IMG/VR virus record: IMGVR_UViG_3300032050_013007
Location: 1 to 64,000 of that record
Reading direction: 5' to 3' (one strand)
Length of the DNA stretch: 64,000 bases
Source: a virus
Shown: positions 39,236-48,121 of the stretch, in pieces
Position numbering within the stretch: the stretch's first letter is position 1
Layout: every line of letters starts with the position of its first letter
Notes under the pieces: model-generated
Told to the model about the DNA's origin: nothing
Seen by the model: the letters and a program-made list of their open reading frames with translations, nothing else
The model's database searches: none
Made by a program: the position numbers and the translations under genes

Positions 39236-40063
39236 ATGGAAAAAAAATTAAAATGGTTTAGTTATCTAAATGATAACCCAAAAATGTTAAATGAGTATTT
39301 GGAATACTATAAAGTGGCAATTTATAGCCAAACTATAAATTGTCCGTCTTTAGAACCATATCTAATATATGATGGTGATAATGAAGAAGTAATTTCATTT
39401 TGCGAAAGAAAAAACATTAAATTAATAAAATACACGCCAAGGATTAAAGAGGAGGTAATTAAACATTATAGTGTACATCAACCAACTCAAGTTTTTGACG
39501 CGTTAGCTTGTTTTTTAAAACCTTACGTACCTCTAATTGTAAAAGAAATTTTAAAATCTGATGACGAATATGTTATTTTAACAGATACTGATGTATTGTT
39601 TTTGAATGAACCTAACTATACCGAATCAAATAAAATAAATTTCATAGGTGTTTCATCTGAGTTTGATATCAATTTATCCGACTTTAATGCCGGTATTATG
39701 TATTTTAACGTTGAGAATATGTATAATGACTTAGAAAATTTTGAAAAATTTATAGTTAAAAATTTTGATAAGTTTAAGGTTTTTGACCAAGACGCGTTTA
39801 AAATTTATTATAGTGACCGAACTAAAAAATTACCTGTTGGATACAATTACAAATGTTACTGGAACTATTCCAAACCTATCGATGAAATAAAAATTATACA
39901 TTTTCACGGTTTAAAACCATATCAATATATGGATGTGTTAACCGGTAAAAATACAAACCCAGTTTTAAAACCTATGTTAACTCCATTTTACATTGAAATG
40001 GTTGGATACTATAAGGGATTAAGAGATATTGAGAAGAAAAGTTATGAAGTACTTGAGTTTTAG
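39236..40063 (+). CDS. GT8-like glycosyltransferase
   Basis: TDTDVLF, FNAGIM, FDQD, IIHFHGLKP. Confidence 0.8.
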   Translation: MEKKLKWFSYLNDNPKMLNEYLEYYKVAIYSQTINCPSLEPYLIYDGDNEEVISFCERKNIKLIKYTPRIKEEVIKHYSVHQPTQVFDALACFLKPYVPLIVKEILKSDDEYVILTDTDVLFLNEPNYTESNKINFIGVSSEFDINLSDFNAGIMYFNVENMYNDLENFEKFIVKNFDKFKVFDQDAFKIYYSDRTKKLPVGYNYKCYWNYSKPIDEIKIIHFHGLKPYQYMDVLTGKNTNPVLKPMLTPFYIEMVGYYKGLRDIEKKSYEVLEF

Positions 40064-40700
40064 TTTGTGGGGTGACGACCCATTATACAACGTAGGGGCG
40101 ATAAAAAATGCCGAATTATCTAAAATGATTTATCATGATTGGAAGGTTGTTCTGTATTATGATAAAACAGTACCTGAAGAAACTATAAGTAAAATAAAAA
40201 ATTTAGATGTTGATGTTATTGACATGAGTGAAAGTAATATTTATGGTTGTTTTTGGAGATTTTTAATATCAGATAAAGAGGATTGTGAATATGCTATCTT
40301 TAGAGACTGTGATTCTAGAGTAACCCTAAGGGAAAGATTAGCGGTAGATGAATGGATTAATAGTAGGAAAACTTTGCACGTAATGAGGGACCATCCATAT
40401 CATAGAATTCCGTTCGGAAATGATAGTTTGGGTATCTTAGCAGGAATGTGGGGTATTAAAGGTAAAGTTATAAATTTTAATGAATCAATTACAAATTTTA
40501 TTACTGGTAAATCAAACTATTATGGTATTGACCAAACATTTTTAAAAACAATATATAGTATGTTTGAAAAAGATAGAATTATTCATGATGAGTTTTTTGA
40601 TGGTCGTCCGTTCCCAATAAAAAGAGAACCAGGAATTTTTGTTGGGGGTCGAATCGGTATAAATGAAAAACCATTAGGTGAAGAACATAAATTAGTATGA
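40044..40700 (+). CDS. Putative glycosyltransferase (paralog of the middle domain of 10435-12666)
   Basis: SFSLWG...FWRF...RDCDSR...RDHPYH...DQTFL; ATG at 40044. Confidence 0.6.
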   Translation: MKYLSFSLWGDDPLYNVGAIKNAELSKMIYHDWKVVLYYDKTVPEETISKIKNLDVDVIDMSESNIYGCFWRFLISDKEDCEYAIFRDCDSRVTLRERLAVDEWINSRKTLHVMRDHPYHRIPFGNDSLGILAGMWGIKGKVINFNESITNFITGKSNYYGIDQTFLKTIYSMFEKDRIIHDEFFDGRPFPIKREPGIFVGGRIGINEKPLGEEHKLV

Positions 40701-40706
40701 TAAAAT

Positions 40707-41420
40707 ATGAAAATAGATTATTGTTTAATGGGGTCCACTAATGACCCGCTTTATTTAGATTTTTGGCCAGTAGTATCTAAAGTATGGAAGGAAGTTTTTA
40801 ATGTTACCCCTGTTTTAGGACTAATATGTGATGAAGATTCTGAATTATTAGAAGATGATTATGGGTTAATTAAAAAATTTAAAAAGTCCACAATCTGTGA
40901 TGAATCCACACAATCACAACTCATTAGATTATACCTAAGTAGATTTTTAAACGGAAATTGTCTAATCTCGGATATTGATATGATTCCTGTCTCTAAAAAA
41001 TATTTTATAGATGATTTAGTAGAATATGAAGAGAATGATATTTTAGTGATGTCATCACATCATCCACAAACTATACACACAAATCAATATCCGATGTGTT
41101 ATGTTTTAGGTAAATCAAACAATTTAAATAAATTATTCAAAACCGAATTATCTTGGGATGATTTTTTAATATCAACAAATCCTAATAGTTGGTTTTCGGA
41201 CCAACTATTTATTTACAAATCAGTTCAAGAGTTTGGAACTGAAAATATTAAATTCCCATATCGTAGTTTTGAAAACGATAGAATTGATAGAGCTAATTGG
41301 ATTTATGATAAAAATCTAGTTACAAGTGGAACTTATATTGATTCTCACCTATTAAGACCTCTTAAATATTATAGAGGTCAAATCGAGGTATTAATTAATT
41401 TATTATATCGCCAAAATTGA
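40707..41420 (+). CDS. Putative glycosyltransferase
   Basis: ISDIDMIP DxD motif, WFSDQ, DSHLLRP. Confidence 0.5.
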   Translation: MKIDYCLMGSTNDPLYLDFWPVVSKVWKEVFNVTPVLGLICDEDSELLEDDYGLIKKFKKSTICDESTQSQLIRLYLSRFLNGNCLISDIDMIPVSKKYFIDDLVEYEENDILVMSSHHPQTIHTNQYPMCYVLGKSNNLNKLFKTELSWDDFLISTNPNSWFSDQLFIYKSVQEFGTENIKFPYRSFENDRIDRANWIYDKNLVTSGTYIDSHLLRPLKYYRGQIEVLINLLYRQN

Positions 41421-41422
41421 GA

Positions 41423-42178
41423 ATGGATTTTATACTTGGTGAAAAATTTAAAACAATCGTAACAGACAAAGTTTTTTATGTAAAAACTGAACATGTTAAT
41501 AATTTTTTAATGAATCCCCCCAAACATGAGTTTATTTTAGTTTCACATAATAGTGACGGTAAGATTATCGATTATGACTACCTACATTGTGCGAATGTGA
41601 AATACATACCTAAAAATTTAATAAGGTGGTTTGGTCAAAATGTGTGTGTTAAAAATGAAAAAGTGGAATCAATTCCAATAGGTTTGGAAAATACTGAATG
41701 GTTTGTTGAGGAGAAAAAAATAGAGAATATTGAGTATTATAGAAACTTAAATATTGAATTTGAAAATTTGCTTTATATAAATCATAACATTAATACTAAC
41801 CCTATGGAAAGAATGGAACCATATAGATTATTCAAAGACTCTAAATGGGCGACTTTGGTAATGGGTAGTAACGGGTCTAATTTTAAAAATTATATTGAAA
41901 ATGTGAAAAAACATAAATTCGTATTGTGTCCTGAGGGTAATGGTACCGACACTCATAGAACTTGGGAGACATTATATGTTGGCTCAATTCCTATAGAAAA
42001 AAGAAATATAAATAATTCTTTTTATCAGGACTTGCCAATTTGTTTTGTTGATTCTTGGTCTGAAATAAATGAAGACTTTTTAAATTATGAGTTTGACAGA
42101 ATTAAAAATACAAAATGGAATTTAGATAAATTAAATTTTAGTTATTGGAAAGATAAAATTATAAACTATAGTAAATGA
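41423..42178 (+). CDS. Exostosin/GT47-like glycosyltransferase
   Basis: KFVLCPEGNGTDTHRTWETLYVGSIPI. Confidence 0.7.
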   Translation: MDFILGEKFKTIVTDKVFYVKTEHVNNFLMNPPKHEFILVSHNSDGKIIDYDYLHCANVKYIPKNLIRWFGQNVCVKNEKVESIPIGLENTEWFVEEKKIENIEYYRNLNIEFENLLYINHNINTNPMERMEPYRLFKDSKWATLVMGSNGSNFKNYIENVKKHKFVLCPEGNGTDTHRTWETLYVGSIPIEKRNINNSFYQDLPICFVDSWSEINEDFLNYEFDRIKNTKWNLDKLNFSYWKDKIINYSK

Positions 42179-42223
42179 CTATAACTTTTTACTTAAAAAA
42201 AAAAATTATTATACTATAACAAC

Positions 42224-42871
42224 ATGAATGTAGTAATTTCAGTACTGTCGGTAGACACTCCCCCATTTACTGAACTTGAGAAATCAATTAGAGAAACTTG
42301 GTGCAATTTAAATAGACCTAATTTTAAAATATTTTTTTATTATGGCAATCATAATAAAAATGAAATAATTGGTGACAAAATTTTTACTAACTCAGGCGAA
42401 GGGTTATACAATGTGGGATACAAAACTTTAAGAATGTTTGAAGTTATCTACAAAAACTATAATTTTGACTACATATTCAGAACTAACTCCTCATCTTATG
42501 TTGATATTGATAATATGTGTAACTTTTTAGTGGACAAACCTTTAGAATCTTTTTACTGTGGAGTTTTTGGTAAAAGTGGTAACATTGATTTTTGTTCTGG
42601 TAGTGGTTACTTTTTGAGTAGAGATTTGGTAAAAAGGGTTATAGATAACCAACGTTTATGGAATCACAATTACATAGATGATGTTTCACTAGGATTATTA
42701 ATGTCTCAATTAGGAATTAATAGGACTTTGGGTAAAAGATATGATTTTGATAGTGGTTTACCTATTAATTTAAATAATTACCACTATAGATGTAAAATAT
42801 CTGATAATAGATTAGACGACATTAAAAATATGAATTTAATATACAATTTAAAAAAACAAAAATATGAATAA
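42224..42871 (+). CDS. GT31/galactosyltransferase-like protein
   Basis: IRETW, FDYIFRTNSSSY, FCSGSGYFLSRD, DDVSLG. Confidence 0.6.
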   Translation: MNVVISVLSVDTPPFTELEKSIRETWCNLNRPNFKIFFYYGNHNKNEIIGDKIFTNSGEGLYNVGYKTLRMFEVIYKNYNFDYIFRTNSSSYVDIDNMCNFLVDKPLESFYCGVFGKSGNIDFCSGSGYFLSRDLVKRVIDNQRLWNHNYIDDVSLGLLMSQLGINRTLGKRYDFDSGLPINLNNYHYRCKISDNRLDDIKNMNLIYNLKKQKYE

Positions 42872-43448
42872 AATTAAAGAAAAGTACGATTACGAACAAA
42901 AAAACATTTCTGATATCAATGAACATATTTCTACGTTATATGAATATGGTCTAAAATGTAGTCATATAACTGAAATGGGTGTTAGATGGGTATCATCTAC
43001 ATGGGCGTTTTTATATTCTAACCCTAATAAACTTATTAGTTATGATATAGTTAAAGATGCAAATGTTAATGAAGTCATCTCTTTATCTAAAGAATATGGT
43101 ATTAATTATGAATTTATTGAGTCTGATGTATTAAACATTAATATAGAACAAACTGATTTATTATTTATTGATACTTTACACACTTATAATCAATTGTTAT
43201 CTGAATTAAAATTACATTCAACTAAGGTTAATAAATACATAATATTACATGATACAGTTAGTTATGGTCAAATAGATGAACAAGTTTACAATCATGCAAG
43301 TCCAATTGTAAAAAATATGGAAAATAATAAAACAGGTCTTACTAACGCAATTAATGACTTTTTATTATTAGATGTTGGTAAAACATGGTTTGTCTCTAAA
43401 GAATTTAAAAATAATAATGGTTTGACTGTTTTAGAAAAAAAAATATAA
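42864..43448 (+). CDS. Class I SAM methyltransferase (Methyltransf_24-like)
   Basis: TEMGVR...ST, LLFIDTLHTY, ILHDT, NNNGLTVL. Confidence 0.75.
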   Translation: MNKIKEKYDYEQKNISDINEHISTLYEYGLKCSHITEMGVRWVSSTWAFLYSNPNKLISYDIVKDANVNEVISLSKEYGINYEFIESDVLNINIEQTDLLFIDTLHTYNQLLSELKLHSTKVNKYIILHDTVSYGQIDEQVYNHASPIVKNMENNKTGLTNAINDFLLLDVGKTWFVSKEFKNNNGLTVLEKKI

Positions 43449-43455
43449 TATAATA

Positions 43456-44175
43456 ATGACAAGAAAAAAACCTATTTCAGTTCAAGAAGAACCTAAGAAA
43501 AATGTGAGTAGGAAAGACCAAATCACTGAAATAATAAAGAAAAAATCAAAAGAAAAATTTTTATCTGAAAATCAAAAAAAATACTACGATTTATTAGTTG
43601 GTAATCAAATTACCATTTGTTCGGGGCCGGCAGGTGTTGGTAAAAGTTATATCGCCATGAAAGCCGCTTTAGATTTATTATCCGACCCAACCACTCCATA
43701 CGAAAAAATTATAATTGTAAGACCGGCGGTTGAGGCTGAAGAGAAACTTGGGTCGCTACCGGGTAATGTCGAAGAAAAATTAGACCCTTATATTTTTCCA
43801 TCATATTACCTAATGAATAAAATTATCGGTAAGGAGGCCAGAGAAAAATTAAAGCAGATTGATGTTATTGAAGTTTTTGCTCTAGCTTATATGAGAGGTA
43901 TGAACATTGATAATTCAATTCTTATTTTCGAAGAAGCTCAGAATTCTACTCCAAATCAAATGAAACTTTTGTTGACAAGGATTGGGTTTAATAGTAAATT
44001 TTTTATTTCGGGGGATTTAGAACAAACTGATAGATATAAAGACAAAAAACACTCAGGTCTTTGGGATGCAATTGAAAAATTCAAGGATTTATCTGACGTT
44101 GGTGTTTTTGAATTTGATAATCAAGATGTTGTTAGAAATCCTTTAATAAGTAAAATACTTAAAAGATACGAATAA
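43456..44175 (+). CDS. phoH: PhoH-like ATPase
   Basis: GPAGVGKS, RPAVE, LGSLPG, YMRG, EEAQN, LTRIG, GDLEQTD, VRNPLI. Confidence 0.93.
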   Translation: MTRKKPISVQEEPKKNVSRKDQITEIIKKKSKEKFLSENQKKYYDLLVGNQITICSGPAGVGKSYIAMKAALDLLSDPTTPYEKIIIVRPAVEAEEKLGSLPGNVEEKLDPYIFPSYYLMNKIIGKEAREKLKQIDVIEVFALAYMRGMNIDNSILIFEEAQNSTPNQMKLLLTRIGFNSKFFISGDLEQTDRYKDKKHSGLWDAIEKFKDLSDVGVFEFDNQDVVRNPLISKILKRYE

Positions 44176-44855
44176 TGAGAATCGGTATTGAAATCAACGG
44201 TGTGCTTAGAGATACTATTAGTAAATTTACACAAATATACGAGAAAGAGTATTTAGGGGCCGAGGTAATTGAAACTCCATCACAAACATATACCTTAGAT
44301 TTATCAGGTAATACTGAAGAAATATTACCATTAAAACCATTTAAATATGAAATTATATCTGAGGTAAATTCCTTGGAGCTTGAAAACCATTTTTCGTTTC
44401 AGTCTAAGGAAGAATTATATTCATTTATGTTTGAGGAATATGTTATGGAGTTGTTCGGTCACGCCCCATCAACAGAGTACACCACCTTTAATGATTTAAA
44501 TGATTTATATATTAAAATCAGAGATAACCATGAATTAATTATAATTTCTGATGAGATTGGTAAATCAAAACCGGCATCTTTATTTTTCTTATCAAAATTT
44601 GGATGTTTAATTGAAAAAATTGTGTTCTACAGTAATTCCACAATTAATTCAATGTGGAATGAAATAGACCTTTTACTTACCTCCAATCCTAACTTATTAT
44701 TAAATCATCCGTCAGAAAAACAAGTAATAAAGTTTGAGACGGTTTATAATAAAAACGTAAATTCCGAACATAGTATTTTATCTATTAAGGAATTTGAAAA
44801 CAAAATAAATGAAATCACAAATGTTGAAAATTCTGAACGAACATTACTATCTTGA
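44175..44855 (+). CDS. HAD 5'(3')-nucleotidase-like protein with degenerate motif I
   Basis: MRIGIEINGVLRD in place of the usual IxxDxDGVLxD. Confidence 0.5.
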   Translation: MRIGIEINGVLRDTISKFTQIYEKEYLGAEVIETPSQTYTLDLSGNTEEILPLKPFKYEIISEVNSLELENHFSFQSKEELYSFMFEEYVMELFGHAPSTEYTTFNDLNDLYIKIRDNHELIIISDEIGKSKPASLFFLSKFGCLIEKIVFYSNSTINSMWNEIDLLLTSNPNLLLNHPSEKQVIKFETVYNKNVNSEHSILSIKEFENKINEITNVENSERTLLS

Positions 44856-45090
44856 TTTAGATGAGATAGATAATTACATCAATATTGAACCTCCCGCAAA
44901 TTTTACTGGGAGTGGTGAAAATCATATTAGTGTTGTAAAATACGAAATGGTTAAAACTCTCATTGAAATTTTAATGACTGAAAACGAAGGCGTCGACGAG
45001 ACACTAGGTCCTAAAAATTCAGATTTATCAATCCCGTTTAAAATAGCGTTTAATACACTTTTAAATAAAAAACTTTTAAATAAATACTAA
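44809..45090 (+). CDS. Hypothetical protein
   Basis: 93-aa ORF in the operon (start 44809 or 44821). Confidence 0.6.
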   Translation: MKSQMLKILNEHYYLDLDEIDNYINIEPPANFTGSGENHISVVKYEMVKTLIEILMTENEGVDETLGPKNSDLSIPFKIAFNTLLNKKLLNKY

Positions 45091-45093
45091 TCT

Positions 45094-46161
45094 ATGAATC
45101 AAGAACAAATTTCAAAGTTAGAGAAATCAATCTCTAACATGAAAGAAAAAAAGTCCAAAATTTATTTTATTGTACAGGACACAAAAGGAAATGCAAAAGC
45201 TTCGGTGGCTTACATTTACCATATGGCAATGTCTCTGATGGAGAAAGGATATAATTCCATAATACTTCACGAAAAACCTGACTACACAAATGTAGGTTCA
45301 TGGATGGGTGTTGATTTTTTAAAAATCCCTCATAAATCGATTGAAGGTCAACAACTTGAAATCGCGCCTGAGGATTTAATTGTAATACCAGAACTATACG
45401 GGTTTGTCATGTCTCAAATTACAAACTTACCATGTGGTAAAATCGTATTGTGTCAGGCGTATGACCATATGTTAGAAACACTACAGCCAGGTCAAAATTG
45501 GCAACAATTAGGGTTCTTAAAGTGTATTACAACCTCCGAGTTTCAAAAAGAATTCATCTCAAATGTAATGAGAAACGTTTCATTTGACATTGTAGAACCT
45601 TTCATATCCGAACATTTCAAAAAGCAAAGTTTACCGCCAAAACCAGTAATCGCAATCCACTCAAGAGATGCTAGAGATACTGCAAATATAATTAAATCAT
45701 TTTATCTAAAATTCCCACAATATCGATGGGTATCATTCAGAGATATGAGAGGTCAAACAACTAAAGAGTTTGCAAAAAACCTACAAGATTGTTTCCTTTC
45801 AGTATGGGTAGACGAAACAAGTGGGTTTGGAACATTCCCATTAGAATCTATGAAATCTGGAGTACCTGTACTTGGATTAGTACCTAATTTAACTCCAACG
45901 TGGATGAGTGAAACAAATGGTTTTTGGATAAATAACAAAAATCAAATTGTTGATTTTATTGCTGATTTTTTACAAAATTGGTTGGAAGATAACATCAAAG
46001 AAGAACTTTATACAGAAATGCAAGTAACTGTAGATTACTTATCTAGTAAAGAAGAATTTTATAACAAAACAGTCGACTTATTTTTAAGTTATATTGATAC
46101 TAGAGTAAATTCTTTCGAGGAACAATTAAATAAACTAACTGAAATTGAAACCGCTCAATAA
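45094..46161 (+). CDS. GT-B glycosyltransferase-like protein
   Basis: IVIPE; ETSGFGTFPLESMKSGVPV (GT4-like ExFGxxxxEAM..G.PV). Confidence 0.7.
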   Translation: MNQEQISKLEKSISNMKEKKSKIYFIVQDTKGNAKASVAYIYHMAMSLMEKGYNSIILHEKPDYTNVGSWMGVDFLKIPHKSIEGQQLEIAPEDLIVIPELYGFVMSQITNLPCGKIVLCQAYDHMLETLQPGQNWQQLGFLKCITTSEFQKEFISNVMRNVSFDIVEPFISEHFKKQSLPPKPVIAIHSRDARDTANIIKSFYLKFPQYRWVSFRDMRGQTTKEFAKNLQDCFLSVWVDETSGFGTFPLESMKSGVPVLGLVPNLTPTWMSETNGFWINNKNQIVDFIADFLQNWLEDNIKEELYTEMQVTVDYLSSKEEFYNKTVDLFLSYIDTRVNSFEEQLNKLTEIETAQ

Positions 46162-46162
46162 T

Positions 46163-46978
46163 ATGGAAACAAATAATAACTCTTTTAATGTTTCGGTTAT
46201 ATTACCGATAAAATCCGCAATAGTTCAAGGATTTGATGACTATTTTAAAAAATGTATAGATTCTATTAAAAATCAAAAAGTAGGTATTAATGAATTAGTA
46301 ATTGTACACACAGATGAAACTCAGTTGATTGAATTTTTAGATTCATATGATTTTGGGGAAATTAATGTAAAAAAATATTCCTGGGGTGGAGAAGCTAACT
46401 ACGCGATGCAAATTAATTATGGTGTTAGTGTTGCCGAATCTGAGTGGGTGTCACTTTTTGAAATTGACGATGAATATTCGAATATTTGGTTTAAAAATGT
46501 TAAAAAATATACGGAATCATACCCTGAAGTAAACGGATTTTTACCTCTTGTTATTGATGTTGATGAAAAAGGTGTATTTGCGGGGTTCACAAACGAAGCG
46601 ACATTCGCACTTAACATTTCGGCTGAAATGGGTTATTTAATGAACGAAACCTTACACACATATCAAAATTTTCAAATTTCAGGAATGGTTTTGAAAAAAG
46701 ATGTTTTCTTAGAATATGGTAAAATAAAACCATCATTTAAATTAACATTTGGATATGAATTCTTTTTAAGGTTAACATATAATTCTGTTAAAATTATGAC
46801 AATACCAAAAATTGGTTATAAACACACCAATATGAGAACCGGAAGTATTTTTTGGAACTATAAAAATGGTGGAGATGTTTTGACAGAAAATGAAGTAAAG
46901 TTTTGGATTGAGTCCGCGAAAAAAGAATATTTTTTCACAGGTGAGAGAGGCATAAAATACGAACCACAAGAAGTTTAA
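46163..46978 (+). CDS. GT2-family glycosyltransferase
   Basis: VSVILPI...CIDSIKNQ...INYGV...LFEIDDEY. Confidence 0.7.
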   Translation: METNNNSFNVSVILPIKSAIVQGFDDYFKKCIDSIKNQKVGINELVIVHTDETQLIEFLDSYDFGEINVKKYSWGGEANYAMQINYGVSVAESEWVSLFEIDDEYSNIWFKNVKKYTESYPEVNGFLPLVIDVDEKGVFAGFTNEATFALNISAEMGYLMNETLHTYQNFQISGMVLKKDVFLEYGKIKPSFKLTFGYEFFLRLTYNSVKIMTIPKIGYKHTNMRTGSIFWNYKNGGDVLTENEVKFWIESAKKEYFFTGERGIKYEPQEV

Positions 46979-47727
46979 TGACTGAAATCAGCAGTTTGTC
47001 CGGAGAAACAAACGTTGAGCTGAAGAAGAAGGGTAGGAAACCAAAACAGGCAAATTATTTTGACGTAAGAGAGGAGCAAGCGGTAATTAGATTTTTACAA
47101 GCAGAAACTTTTGACGAAAAAAATAAAATATACAATGAGTTTCTAAGAAAGCCCTTAGATAAAATGATATCTTCAATAATAAGAAGATATAAATTATACA
47201 GAAAAGATATGGACTTCTATGAAATCCATATAGATACTCACTCGTTTTTGATGACTAAAATAGATAAGTTTAAACCTTCTAAAGAAAAGAAGGCTTATTC
47301 TTACTTTGGTACTATTTGTAAGAATTATCTGATGGGTCAAATTATAAAAGACCAAAAAGATATGAATCGTAAAATATCTTATGAAGATATATCTAGTAAT
47401 TTAGAAAACAACGCGGATTTTTCTTACAGTATTGAGAGGGATACAATAGATACTGAAGATATTATTACAAATTTTTTGAAAGAAATTGATTATTTTTTAC
47501 ATCAAAGTGATTTATCTGAAAATGAGATAAAGTTGGGGCACGCTCTATATGAATTGTTTGACAACTATAATGACATTTTTATTGGTAACGACAATAACAA
47601 GTTTAATAAAAATATTATTTTACTTTCTTTAAGAGAAATGACAAATTTGAATACAAAAGAAATAAGAAGTTCTATGAAAAAATTTAAAACTATATATTTC
47701 AATCTGGTTCAAAAAATGATTAAATAG
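46978..47727 (+). CDS. Phage sigma factor (T4 gp55-like late sigma)
   Basis: KIDKFKPSKEKKAYSYFGTICKN resembles gp55/sigma region 2. Confidence 0.6.
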   Translation: MTEISSLSGETNVELKKKGRKPKQANYFDVREEQAVIRFLQAETFDEKNKIYNEFLRKPLDKMISSIIRRYKLYRKDMDFYEIHIDTHSFLMTKIDKFKPSKEKKAYSYFGTICKNYLMGQIIKDQKDMNRKISYEDISSNLENNADFSYSIERDTIDTEDIITNFLKEIDYFLHQSDLSENEIKLGHALYELFDNYNDIFIGNDNNKFNKNIILLSLREMTNLNTKEIRSSMKKFKTIYFNLVQKMIK

Positions 47728-47738
47728 TATTTATTGTT

Positions 47739-48110
47739 ATGCCAAGACCACAAAAAAAAGAAATAAATCTAACCAAAGATTCAATGTTGTCATTGATGCA
47801 AGAGATTTACAACGAACTTGTAGAACAGAGAAATACCGCGATTAGAATACAAAACAAAATGTTGTCAATGATGAAAGAGACCGAAGACATGACAGTACTT
47901 GGTCCAATCATCAAAGAACAACAAAAAATAATTAATGACTGTGTTGAGAAAAAATTAACTCTATCAAAGTTACAATCTTCATTATGGGAAAAATCAAACT
48001 CAAATCAGGAAAGTTTTTCTATTAATGATTTAGATGTTGATGATGAGATGTTACAAAATTTGATTGAAAAAGATATTTCAAAAAATGACGGGTCATATAA
48101 AATGAAATAA
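47739..48110 (+). CDS. Hypothetical coiled-coil protein
   Basis: 123 aa; TATTTAT at 47728-47734. Confidence 0.6.
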   Translation: MPRPQKKEINLTKDSMLSLMQEIYNELVEQRNTAIRIQNKMLSMMKETEDMTVLGPIIKEQQKIINDCVEKKLTLSKLQSSLWEKSNSNQESFSINDLDVDDEMLQNLIEKDISKNDGSYKMK

Positions 48111-48121
48111 TAACTCAAATA

